Source: Octopus bimaculoides (Eukaryota). From it: a stretch of DNA of 59,207 bases. Numbering within the stretch: position 1 is the stretch's first letter; each line of letters starts with the position of its first letter. Below the pieces are notes generated by a model that did no database searches, was not told where the DNA came from, and saw only the letters and a program-made list of their open reading frames with translations. Positions 12,134-24,370 of this stretch are shown here, in pieces. Both the position numbers and the translations under genes were made by a program. The DNA is taken from positions 25,415,328 to 25,474,534 of the forward strand of contig NC_068996.1 in the NCBI RefSeq assembly GCF_001194135.2, written 5' to 3'.

Positions 12134-12290
12134 TCGGATTTCGATGTAGGAGACTATGATTTTGCCCCAAAATCACGTTTTCGAAATTTTATCTCCCTCA
12201 CCTTATTTTTTCCTAAAATTTCTTCGGGTTCGTGTTTTCGATATAGGTGATTAGGATTTTGCCCAAAAGACACGTTTTCAAAATGTTAAT
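12134..12290. repeat. Degenerate ~97-bp tandem repeat beside a gap
   Basis: ttcgatgtagg..gattttgccccaaaatcacgttttcgaaa and ttcgatatagg..gattttgcccaaaagacacgttttcaaaa. Confidence 0.5.
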
Positions 12291-13670
12291 AACCTTAACC
12301 CTCCCCACCTTAAATTTTTAATTTTCAACGTTTTTCGAAGTTTTCTTTTTTAATCCACGTAGAAAAATAGAAATTACGAATCTTTAAGAATTGAACAAAA
12401 AAATTGTCTAAAGGAACGCTCAAATCCTCTTCCCCANNNNNNNNNNNNNNNNNNNNNNNNNNNNNNNNNNNNNNNNNNNNNNNNNNNNNNNNNNNNNNNN
12501 NNNNNNNNNNNNNNNNNNNNNNNNNNNNNNNNNNNNNNNNNNNNNNNNNNNNNNNNNNNNNNNNNNNNNNNNNNNNNNNNNNNNNNNNNNNNNNNNNNNN
12601 NNNNNNNNNNNNNNNNNNNNNNNNNNNNNNNNNNNNNNNNNNNNNNNNNNNNNNNNNNNNNNNNNNNNNNNNNNNNNNNNNNNNNNNNNNNNNNNNNNNN
12701 NNNNNNNNNNNNNNNNNNNNNNNNNNNNNNNNNNNNNNNNNNNNNNNNNNNNNNNNNNNNNNNNNNNNNNNNNNNNNNNNNNNNNNNNNNNNNNNNNNNN
12801 NNNNNNNNNNNNNNNNNNNNNNNNNNNNNNNNNNNNNNNNNNNNNNNNNNNNNNNNNNNNNNNNNNNNNNNNNNNNNNNNNNNNNNNNNNNNNNNNNNNN
12901 NNNNNNNNNNNNNNNNNNNNNNNNNNNNNNNNNNNNNNNNNNNNNNNNNNNNNNNNNNNNNNNNNNNNNNNNNNNNNNNNNNNNNNNNNNNNNNNNNNNN
13001 NNNNNNNNNNNNNNNNNNNNNNNNNNNNNNNNNNNNNNNNNNNNNNNNNNNNNNNNNNNNNNNNNNNNNNNNNNNNNNNNNNNNNNNNNNNNNNNNNNNN
13101 NNNNNNNNNNNNNNNNNNNNNNNNNNNNNNNNNNNNNNNNNNNNNNNNNNNNNNNNNNNNNNNNNNNNNNNNNNNNNNNNNNNNNNNNNNNNNNNNNNNN
13201 NNNNNNNNNNNNNNNNNNNNNNNNNNNNAATCGGATCCTCCATAACCAAAAACGTGGGATTCCGTAAAAAAAAAAAAAAATCAATATATATCCATTTTAC
13301 CCGAAGTTATGACGGAAAAATCGGATCTTGTGAATTTTCCGAAACTCCCCTCCCCATCTCCAGGGTCGTCAGCGCGCATTTTTCTTTTTATATTCGTTTT
13401 TCATACACTTGTTAACACACTCCAGGCTGGTTAATTTTTTTTTTTGTTCCCGGGTGAAGGTCTTTATATTGACCAATTACAATTATAAAGAAATTTGTGG
13501 GAAAAATCTTTTTCGAGGGGGTGTTGCATATCAATCTCTGTGTGCGCTACTAGATCACAATCATCTGCATACATAAGGTCTCTTATGATAGAGGTAAGTA
13601 CCTTTGTTTTTGCAGCAAAGCGCGTGATATTAAATGTGCTGCCAAAGGTTCGATAATGGATGTAAACACC

Positions 13671-15427
13671 TTATCTGAAGTTTCTTAATGCAATACAGAA
13701 GACCATCGCAAAATATATGGCAAATAGGGTCGGTGCCAGAATATCCCCCTGTTTCACTCCATTTTGTATTGAGATAGACTCCGACATTTTACCACTAACA
13801 TTAACCCTACCCTTCATGTCTTCATGAAAAGACCTAACCAAAGCAAGGAACTTTTCAGGACACCCAAGTTTCTGGAGGACTTTCCATAGTGCATTTCTTT
13901 TAACGGTCGACAAAAACCTGATATAAATCCAGACCCTGTTCCACACACTTCTCCTGAAGCTGTCTAGCTGAAAGATCACATCAGCAGTGCCGCGTCCCAC
14001 ACGAAAGCCAGATTGACTTTCTGGAAGAACACAATCTGCAACGTGTTTCAGCAGACGATCCAGAAGTATCCTGCGTAAAACCTTTCCTACGACAGAAAGC
14101 AATGATATTCCCCTATACCACAATCATTCCTGTTGCCCTTTCCCTTATATAAGACCACCATTACTGTATCGCTCCAGTCCTCAGGTACAGATTCACTATC
14201 CTATATCCTACCAAACAAAGAGTTTCTCACCACTATGCTGTAACAACTCCGCATGTATGCCATCCATACCCGGAGACCTACCATTATTCATGCTTGAGAC
14301 AGCTACTGCAACTTCTTCCAACTTTGGTGGTTCTGCGAGAGCCGCCTTCACAGGTAATCCAGGGATGAGATTGAGAATATCCTCACTAACTACAGACTGC
14401 TGATTAAAAAGTTCATCAAAGTGTTCTCGCCACCTTCGTAGAATTCCTTGTGAATCATTAAAAAGTTCTTTACCATCTCTGCTTCGAAGTGTTGTCATCA
14501 GAGAAGTCGGTCCATAAACTTCTCGCAAGAGACCATACAACAGCTTTGTGTTATTGGAATCCGACGCCGCCTGTATCTCATCAGCCTTCTTACTCCACCA
14601 GGTATCCCTCATTTGAGAGAGCCTCCTCCGCCTCACACGTGATTTCACATCCTTGAGTTCTCTATGTAATACACCTCTCTCCTGTTGACAAATAGCGTGA
14701 CAAAGTAGGTCTTTTATCAGCCAATAAATCATCTATATGTTCATCATTTTTTTAAAATCAATCTTGATGCTTTCTTTGTATCAATCCCAGAACTTTCTTG
14801 CCTATATCATAAACTGACTTTTTAAGGGTCGGCCAATCCTCCCCAATATCTGCAACATTCATTTCCTCTCGTAAAGTTCTCTTCACACTATTACACCTAA
14901 AACGATCAACATTCAGTCTTTTAGGCAGGGTGATCCCTGCAGACCGGATTTTACGTTTTGTGACTAATTTCACTTTTGCACGTTCTAGGCGGTGGTCAGT
15001 CCAACACTCAGTCCCACGAAGAACACGAACACACTGCACATCTCGTCTGTCACACACCCGAACAAGGATATAATCCAGAATATGCCATTCTTTAGATGCA
15101 TGTGGTCTTAAACTTATTCTTTTGTTGAAACATGGTATTGGTAACACACAGACGCAGCTCCTCACACATCTGCAGCAGAAGCATGCCATTACTATTACAC
15201 TTTCCCACCCCATGCTTTCCAGTTACAGTTCATGTGTTAAAATCCCTGCCCACTCTAGCATTAAAGTCACCAAGTACGATGACTTTCTCTGCCCGAGGGA
15301 TATTTCTTGTAATGCCCTTCAAAGCATGGTAGAAAGAAACTTTTTCGTCATCAGCATAGCATATAGTTGGAGCATACACACTCACCAAGGTCACATAATT
15401 TCCTTTAACCAAAGGAATTCTCATTAA
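13671..15427 (-). mobile_element. RTE/BovB-like LINE fragment: APE endonuclease plus N-half of RT, frameshifted
   Basis: VSVYAPT..VLGDFNARVG, WHILDYILVR..WTDHRL, YRGISLLSVVGKV..LPESQSGFRVGRGTAD..GVKQGDILAPTLF spread over four broken ORFs. Confidence 0.93.
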
Positions 15428-15529
15428 TCATGACTGGAAATTCTTTCAACTTGTCCACAAGAGTAGTCTTAACAGCAAATGCTACTCCAGCCTCTCCTCT
15501 AAACTCTTCATGGATCTTTCTGAATTGGA

Positions 15530-16400
15530 ATTGACGGGCACCACTTATTTCCTTAACGAAACACTTTCAAACGTGGGAGACTGGTAGAATGTGTCATATA
15601 AAACATCTTTTTCTCTTAGCCTTCTTAACAAAAATTTGTACATCGCAAGTTATTTCATGTTAAAGTTGTCGTATTTCTGTAATTTCAACCAATCACTGAT
15701 GTCTATTCAGCTGAATACAGTTACTGCTGTTTTGTAAACAATAATTTTTGCCGGTGTCAAGATTGTTATTCCCTGTTAATTATATCGTTATTCCCTAGTA
15801 AGGGTTTAGGGTCTTAGGGTTAGGGTTCGGGTTTTAGGGTTAGGGTTAGGGTTAGGGTTATGAGTTATAGGGTTTTAGGGTTAGGGTTATGAGTTATAGG
15901 GTTTTAGGGTTAGGGTTAAGGTTATGAGTGAGGTTATGGCAAAAATAATCATANNNNNNNNNNNNNNNNNNNNNNNNNNNNNNNNNNNNNNNNNNNNNNN
16001 NNNNNNNNNNNNNNNNNNNNNNNNNNNNNNNNNNNNNNNNNNNNNCCCGAACCCTAACCCTAAAACCCTAAAGCTGAAACCAGTACAAACGCACGAACGA
16101 TGTCAAAAATAACAGTACCACCGATAGTTGTTGACAAACAACGGCACTAATTTTATTCAAGGGAAAAGATCCCATGACACCGTTAGAACATGTTGTTTAC
16201 ATTCCACGGCAGTAATTGTTTTCACCTCAATAGATGTCAGTGATTGATTGAAATTACCGAAATACGACAATTTTTTTACATGAAATAACTTCGAATATAA
16301 AAATTTATTATCTGTTCTATAACACAAAATATACAAGTATACGAAGTTTGAAAGTGTTTCGGTACCAAAAACACTACATAAAACACAAATGAAAAGTGGT
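15530..16400. mobile_element. Foldback element with central telomere-like repeats
   Basis: Arms ~15560-15750 and ~16200-16360 are reverse complements (gaaacactttcaaac; gttatttcatgt..ttgtcgtatttc.gtaatttcaa.caatcactga..tctatt). (TTAGGG)-like 15799-15935, gap, then (CCCTAA)-like 16046-16072. Confidence 0.75.
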
Positions 16401-17620
16401 GCTCGTCAATTCAGAAAGATCCCTCTTGAGCATGATGACGGCCGGGTTCAGACTGTGATGCTCTGGAGCTCCTGCCCAGCCAGACTCTTTCATCTGATGT
16501 GGTTCCAGAGTTCTTACTGCTATTTATTTTTTTACTGTTTTGGTACATCATTGATTATTTGCTTTTTAAGACTAAATCCAGCCATTCAGTTGAGACTCAC
16601 AGCGTTATCAACATTCATGAATTAGTTAATCAGTTTAATCAATCAATCAATCAATGTTGTTATCGTGCAATGCCTGTGCAAGAAGATTTTTTAAAAAACT
16701 GAGGTAAGGCTGTGCACTGAGTCAATCCCACTCACTAAGCAACAGCAGCCTTAACTCGAAAAGAAGAACAAGTCAATATCATCGGTAACCACTGAGCCGC
16801 AGGTTTTATGTCGGAGTTATCCCAGTTACTTGAGTTGCCTTCTCCTAGAAGGATGTCCTAACAAAGGCTAGGGGTCCTTCACTCCCAACGGTTTAACCAC
16901 GCGATCGGGTATTCAGTTCGATTATTTCTATGTCCCCGTGCAAGTAACAGCCATAAGCTGGATAAAATAGATATAAGGAGAAAAAAAAAAAATACGATAT
17001 ATAAAAATATTGATATACAAAATATACATAAAATATACGATATGAAGTTTATAAAAATATATATATATATAAAATATATATGATGAGCAAGCTATAAAAA
17101 TATACAATATATGAAATTAGTGAGAAAAAGGGGGATATACAGCAAATATATATAATTACACATACATATATTGGATGGCCGCTGACTCTCAAGAGTTCAT
17201 CCGCCCTTTGACGGGTTTTGTTCTTCATTCCGCAGGGTGTCCAATAAACACCCTCCTCACCAAGCAAGCTTGGTGGGGTTGCCTGTTCAATCGCCGACGG
17301 CCCGACCATGCGACAGGTTGTACTGGGTTACGTGTTACCAGTAGCACTCGAAAGTGACTTGACATAAATACATACATAACAATCTCTCTCTCTCTTTTAC
17401 TCTGTCAATCACTCACACGTTCAATCACTAAAAAAAGTAAATACACGTGCACATAAACATGTATGCGTACAAAAAACATACATGCAATAGGTGTACGTAC
17501 GTATGTTTTGTGTATGCGTGCGTGTTTGATGGGGTATGCGAGACAGAATGTATGTATGTGAAGAGACAGAGAGAGTAATGTTGCTGGTGTGTGTGTATGT
17601 GTGTGTGTGTGTGTGTGTGT

Positions 17621-17684
<64 letters not shown>

Positions 17685-17699
17685 TGAAATTTTGCGTAT

Positions 17700-18395
17700 T
17701 GTATTGTATTGTCCCCTCTCTGTGTGTCATTCATTGACAAATAAAGAAATAAGTTAGTGAGAGCGACCATCAGTGAATATAATTGATGGATGGGACAAGT
17801 GTTCATACGAAGGCTGCAATTCTTTAACTTGGGGTCAGCAATTGTAAAGGTAGTGTTTTTAGTTGAAGTTGAGGGTCACTAATTGTAACGGTTAAACAAT
17901 AATTGATAAACAATAGGATGGAACGTCGGAATCGTCACCAATTGTAACAGTTGTAGTTAAAGTGTTGGTTGCCAGCATGCGTGATGGAAGAAGAACAGTG
18001 ATTGAAGTTGTAAAGAGATATTTATTTACCGTTACTTTGTATATATCCAAAACTACGACGGGTTGGTATGTATAATTAGTAAATGGAAAAGCATGCGAGG
18101 AATAAAGAGTTAATTTCGGCCTGTACGCGATCTCATAGTAGTATATATAGAGAGATATGGTAATGTTCCAAAGAAAAGAAAGTGAGTCAGTGAAAATGAG
18201 AGAGTCGAGGGTAGTTGTCTCGCATAGTCGCTGATTGTAACTTTCTTTTCCCCACTGGCCGTTTGATTTCTCGTGGCTACCTGCTTGTGGCCATGACTCT
18301 AGTTGTTCGTCCACATTCACTGATGGTCGCTCTCACTAACTAATTTCTTTATTGACACTTCATGGCTTACATAGAGGGGACAGCACAAGGACAAA
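17700..18395. repeat. Inverted repeat formed by two LINE 3' ends plus a shared ~30-bp flank
   Basis: aataaagaaat(a/t)agttagtgagagcgaccatcagtgaat at ~17740-17778 (+) and ~18315-18353 (-); weaker similarity extends outward (tgtcccctct..). Confidence 0.8.
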
Positions 18396-19700
18396 ACAAA
18401 CACATTTAGGGACTGGGGTTATACATTAGTAAGTTCATATAAAAAGTCAGATATAATGAAATCGAATGAATTTGAAAAATACAATGAAATCAAAAAGAAT
18501 TAAATGACTTAAAGATTAAATGATAATATATTTTTCCAGGTTTGTGTTCGACCCGCCGGTTTCTTTTTTAAAAAACTCTTTATAATAAATTTTCCTTTTT
18601 TTTCTTCCGTTTTTCCCTCTTTACCGTTCAGACCGGCTACACTAACGAGGCCCAATTCACTCTCAACTTCCTTACGACATTTGTCCCTCTTTTCTCAAAC
18701 GTTTTTTAAGGCAGGCACCTCATCTCCAGACTGATCTTCCTGGACAGGTGGTAGCTAAAAAAAACTAACAATCCGTGTCCGCAGATAAAGTTGCCTGTCT
18801 CAATTCCTCTTCCATGCGTCACCCATACTTTCTCTTTCAATACGGCTACTACGCACCTTGTTAAAGGAGGGAGGCGGCATAATCTTGATGATTGACTCAG
18901 TTGATAACCGTACTCTTTCCGTATCTGACACCAGTTGTTCGACATAGGTTATCAATCCCCTCAGTTCCTCACAATGTACGAAGGCGTGCGTGACAGTTTC
19001 GCTGACACGTCCGCACCTCGGGCATATGGTTGGGGTACTAGCACCATGCCTTGACAACCTCTCTCGAACTGGCAAAGCTGATCGGTAGCACAATCAAGCC
19101 AAGGATTTCTGGAAGTTGTCCAGGTACCGCGCCCCGAATGTTCTTCCGAACAGGTTGACAAGCTGTTCCTCATCGAAGCCTAGAGTCTCCCCCAGGACGT
19201 CGTCGGACATGTGCTCTACCAACCCTCTATAAAAATCCGCAGTGGTAGCCCCGCTGACGGTATTGCTCGCTCGAGAGAACAGAGCGGGTGCACATCTGTA
19301 CCCCTTCTGCAATTCGCTCATTTTCGGTCTCCGAGTGATCCATGCGCCTACGTCCTGCAGGGACGTCAATTGTGGCAAGAACTTGACATGCGGTGACCAC
19401 ACCCGTTCACCATCCAAGTAGAGCCAGAGGTGTCTCAGCCTCAGCGCATCATCAGCCAAAGCATGCCTAATCCACCCTTTAACGGTTTCTGGCAGCAGAT
19501 GGAACGCCTCACAAGTGGTGGTTTCCTATTCCACAAAAAGCGGAAACGGATCCGTTCCAGTTTGGTCAGTCACACACCAGGGCAAGGCACAACGGTTAGG
19601 CGGTAGGTTATCACAGAGGCTATAAACACCTGTGCAACCTCAGCCCTCTATAGCAAGGATAGCGACCTCCCAGAACCCGAGCAATTTAACCGGGCGGCTT
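18345..19700 (-). mobile_element. L1/Tx1-clade LINE, 5'-truncated (post-RT region, zf-RVT CCHC, 3' UTR)
   Basis: RFLWNRKPPLVRRSICCQKPLKGGLGM, then CPRCGRVSETVTHAFVHC, then a T-rich 3' UTR ending tgtcAATAAAgaaa. Confidence 0.88.
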
Positions 19701-19954
19701 ACGGAGTTCTTGTTTTTATTGCTATCCAAAACCAGCCAGAAGGATAGACATATTGTTGAAAACATTAGATTTCGTCGGAGGTCTGTGATATCTCTATTCT
19801 AGCTGTTGGTGAAATAGAAAGGTCAAGTGGCGAAAACATTATTCAGGCTTAGCGAAGGCATCTTGCAAATGTAACTGCTGTAACTCACAGAAAAACGATT
19901 GTTTTACCGTGAAAAAAGTGCTGTTGAACTTGTAGTAACGCCTTAATAGCAGAC

Positions 19955-20065
19955 GACATTTCCGGTAAGCTTATCCACGCATGCGCAGGGACTAGTTCCG
20001 GAAGGAACACGGGAAGAGTCTCATGCGCATGCGTGGTCATTCGAGATACAAGCTTCGCGCCCTTA
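19955..20065. promoter_or_regulatory. CpG-rich NRF1/ETS-like motif cluster
   Basis: cgcatgcgca, catgcgcatgcg, ttccggaagg and tttccgg within ~100 bp. Confidence 0.3.
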
Positions 20066-20378
20066 TTCATTCTCTTTTCTCGCCGGCAGTCTGTCTCCAA
20101 CATTCCAACTCAGGAAACAGCTCTTTCCAACATTCCAACTCTGGAGCTAGACAAATAACCGACCAACATCATTGACGGCGTCTCAGCAACCAAAGGGCGA
20201 AGTACTGCCTATTTCCTCTGTAAATAAATATTGTTGTGTTGATAGTTCAGAATGTGCGTTCCGTTGTTTCTTCTAGAAATTTAATGTACGGAAGCGGTGT
20301 ATAACCACTTACCTACAAACTGTTAAGGGAAATTTGGCTATCGAGGATTGAATCCACGCTATGCCTGCATGAACCACT

Positions 20379-20415
<37 letters not shown>

Positions 20416-21718
20416 GTAGAAGTAAGGACCCGAAGCCTTCAAAGGGATGTTTAGNNNNNNNNNNNNNNNNNNNNNNNNNNNNNNNNNNNNNNNNNNNNNN
20501 NNNNNNNNNNNNNNNNNNNNNNNNNNNNNNNNNNNNNNNNNNNNNNNNNNNNNNNNNNNNNNNNNNNNNNNNNNNNNNNNNNNNNNNNNNNNNNNNNNNN
20601 NNNNNNNNNNNNNNNNNNNNNNNNNNNNNNNNNNNNNNNNNNNNNNNNNNNNNNNNNNNNNNNNNNNNNNNNNNNNNNNNNNNNNNNNNNNNNNNNNNNN
20701 NNNNNNNNNNNNNNNNNNNNNNNNNNNNNNNNNNNNNNNNNNNNNNNNNNNNNNNNNNNNNNNNNNNNNNNNNNNNNNNNNNNNNNNNNNNNNNNNNNNN
20801 NNNNNNNNNNNNNNNNNNNNNNNNNNNNNNNNNNNNNNNNNNNNNNNNNNNNNNNNNNNNNNNNNNNNNNNNNNNNNNNNNNNNNNNNNNNNNNNNNNNN
20901 NNNNNNNNNNNNNNNNNNNNNNNNNNNNNNNNNNNNNNNNNNNNNNNNNNNNNNNNNNNNNNNNNNNNNNNNNNNNNNNNNNNNNNNNNNNNNNNNNNNN
21001 NNNNNNNNNNNNNNNNNNNNNNNNNNNNNNNNNNNNNNNNNNNNNNNNNNNNNNNNNNNNNNNNNNNNNNNNNNACCTCCCCTGTTAATAATTATATTTC
21101 TTCTCACAAATACGCCCACATTTTTGTTGGTCTTTTCACGTGCTCTTTGTCAATAAAAAATACGATTCCTTCGTAATTGTTTAACGAAACTATGACACGT
21201 TTCGGTTTAAGAATGGTTACTTTTTTTTTTTTTTTATTCTTTATGTTTAAGTCAAAGGTGGGGAGATTAAGAGAATTGTGCAGCAAATACGGAAAGATAT
21301 ATCCACTTCTTTTTTAAGGATGCTAATATATGGTTTGAGTGGTATTTGGCTGCTATTTCTAGAGTGCCTACTTAATGTTTTTACGAAACACAAAATGTGA
21401 AGAAAAAATAAGACTAAAAAGTCTCCGGAAAAGTTCAATAAGATAACTGATTTAATACATTTTTCTGTTGTTCCATTGTTCTGTTTATAAGATGTTGAAC
21501 ATAACGTGATTTGTGTGTGCGTGTGTGAGTTAGTGTAATGCCATCATTACAAAAGCTGTATTTGCAATTGTGTACACTATGTAACGTCAGTTAATGAGTA
21601 GAGCGTAATATTTAAATGACGATATTTTTTTTCTTTTGCCATTTACCACTAGCTCATTAGGACGTTGTTTGGTTATCAATGACACTCAGTAAGAACTGTG
21701 AGGTAGAAGAAGGTAGCC

Positions 21719-21780
21719 AAGACTAATGATGCAACTATAGTCGGTGGTAAGACTAATGATGTAACTATAGCCGGTGGTAA
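21719..21780. repeat. 30-bp tandem duplication
   Basis: aagactaatgatg(c/t)aactatag(t/c)cggtggt x2. Confidence 0.85.
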
Positions 21781-22059
21781 GATCTAGCAATTGTATAGAA
21801 GTTAGCAAGTCGTATCGTGTTGACCCACGAATAAACGCCATTAAAACACGGGCACACTGGGAGTAGGGCGGATATCTAAGCCCTCATTGGTTATCGATGT
21901 ATACTGTGATTGTATATGCAAGGGTTCCAGTGCATTGCTTTGCGAAGTGGTCTCAAATGCTGTTGGTGGCCGTTCTTTTCGTTGTTGTTTAGTCTCGAGT
22001 CAAAACTTGTAGAGCCTATGTTCCAAAACATTATAGCTATGACTACCCTGTCTTTCCAG

Positions 22060-22787
22060 ACAATAACTAGCGAAATTCCCCCTCACAGTATCCTAAAATT
22101 TTATGTATGTCCAACTTACAGGGTATGGATATTTGCTAAAAGTAGCCGATAAACCACATCTTACTACTTCTCTTCGAGGTCGCCCGATCTTCTAGCAATA
22201 ATAATCTTGCCTCGAACCACACCACATTTATCTCTGAAGTGCCATGGTTACATCTTGTACAACCTTCTGCAATGTTTTTTCAATGGGGTCATAAGGTCTT
22301 TGGGAGTTGACGAGGGATGCTCTACATAGTCGTTGGAATTGGTAGGAAAAAAGCAATTAAATTTCCCTCAAATAACTACTGATTATCTTATGAATGCATG
22401 GACCAATCAGAGACTTTTACAGTGGTAACCCAACCTCTTAATAGCAACCGAATCTTCTCAAACCACCCCTTATTAATTTTACGTATGTACGCACCAATCA
22501 GCAATCAATTTTCCCTTGAATAAATATGAGAGCAATATCTCCCTCTTGCATGTGTGTAAATTAATAAAGAATCCTTATATGGTTACTCAGCCTGTTAGAA
22601 ATAACAGTCAAGTCCTCCTCACAGTATCCTAAAATTTTATGTATGTCCAACTTACAGAGTATGGATATTTGCTAAAAGTAGCCGATAAACCACATCTTAC
22701 TACTTCTTTTCGAGGTCGCCCGATCTCCTAGCAATAATAATCTTGCCTCGAACCACACCACATTTACCTCTGAAGTGCCATGGTTAC
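22060..22787. repeat. ~170-190-bp direct repeats ~540 bp apart
   Basis: cctcacagtatcctaaaattttatg...ctctgaagtgccatggttaca at ~22081-22250 and ~22617-22787, only a few mismatches. Confidence 0.9.
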
Positions 22788-23081
22788 AGTATACACCGAT
22801 GTCAGTATGTTTCATTTTTCTTTTGCGCTTTCTCCAAGACTTTTTCATGAGATTTCTTCTCTTTTTGTTCTTTTTCACTCCCTGTCATCCAACTGATTCA
22901 GCAATCTGCGGCTCTCCTTCGTTGAAATAAGCAGTGTAAAATGTTACAACGTAAAATCCGGAATGTAAGGAAATAGATGGTAGCCTGTCCTCACCATATC
23001 TCTCCCATTTCAGCCGCTCTGGTTTCTGCTACACATTCTTATCTTTCTCTCCGCACCTACTTTTGCTATATTCATTTGCCT

Positions 23082-23210
23082 TAGGCGGCAATTTGGTAAC
23101 AGAATCGTTGGAAAGTTGAAAAGAATGCCATGCATTATTCGTTCCGGTTCTCTGGGTTCAAATCCCATCGACATCAACTTTACTTTCGAGTTCGATGAAT
23201 AAAATAAAAG
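23082..23210 (+). mobile_element. SINE (aggcggc.../gggttcaaatcc family)
   Basis: aggcggcaatttggtaacagaatcgtt...gggttcaaatccc..gacatcaactttacttt; related minus-strand copies at ~42335-42570 and ~52330-52590. Confidence 0.6.
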
Positions 23211-24112
23211 TCTGCAATGCTAGCAGGAAATGCAGTGTCACGGGGGCGATGCCATCAGAAGTAAACCTCTTTTATTCCACTACGGTAACAGCCTCTATAT
23301 TCTTTCAGTTTTGAGGAAAGAAAAATGTCCGAAATGTCGGATTTTTTTCTCACTTGCCATGGTAATTCTATAAGTTATTAATTTTTATAAGCGTTAAAGT
23401 TTGTCAATTCCAAATAGGATAAAACAGTGAAAGTCAAGTACGGTAATGTCAAATGAAGTTGACAGCTGATCCACCGACCTTTCAATGAGATTCACCAATG
23501 CCATTTTGTTAATATTTATTTTTTTATATTCAAGGTAAAATGTATTTAAGTTCATCACAATCACGTCTATGGAGAGACGAATAAGGCATTTACGGAATTT
23601 AAAGTTAATACAAACTGTTGGATTAATCTAGAAGACCTATGGACAACGACTTTCCAACTATGGCCGTCCATTTTAGATATAGGACATTTACTAACATGGG
23701 TCCCGTCGATTTATTTTCGTTCTTTAAAATATTATAAATGTGATGATATTGCTTGGGTTAACAAAAGCAATCTTGCCCCCAAATAAAATACATGAATCGA
23801 TGAAGGAATTATTAATATTTTCTTTTCGTATCTGTTAATGATTCTTGGCAAACATATTAAGTCCGCCTATTTATGTTTACCCATATTTTCTCAAGATCTT
23901 ACGTAAAATGGCTTTCGTATAGCTTCCAGGAAAATCCAGCATAGTTTTGGATTTTGTTGTTTCTTAGCCCTAAGTCAACACTTTTCTAGGAGACCTATGA
24001 TCATAGCACAGGCAGTGATCAGAGCTACTTTATAGTCTAATTTATCTTCCTTTATTTTTAAGACTATGGTGTGGCTCGCTATTTCTTGCACGTCTGGCAA
24101 AACCCTATATAT

Positions 24113-24370
24113 CAGTGCTACTCAAAGTGGTGGTCAGGGCGCCATCAGCTGCCGGTACGCAGTGAGTTTCCGGAAAAGAAACATTGTAAAAATGCTTATG
24201 TAATATTGTATTATTTGTTTACAAAATAAATATAAGTTTAAAATAATTGTCAGCTTTTATTATATTCATTATATACATTGCTTCTGGTATGAATTAATAT
24301 TACTAGTCCTTGGTGCATTGGGGGGAAAAAAACTGCCGGTGCGCCACATCATATAGTTTGAAAAGCACTG
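24113..24370. mobile_element. hAT/Charlie-like MITE
   Basis: Termini cagtgctactcaaa / tttgaaaagcactg. No intact 8-bp TSD seen. Confidence 0.5.

Noticed and set aside
15799-16072. True chromosome end
   Set aside because: Short, degenerate, internal and flanked on both sides by inverted arms.
17175-17240. HDV-like ribozyme reading of the structured element
   Set aside because: A P3-like CCC/GGG exists, but no 3' P1 strand complementary to GGCCGC follows it.
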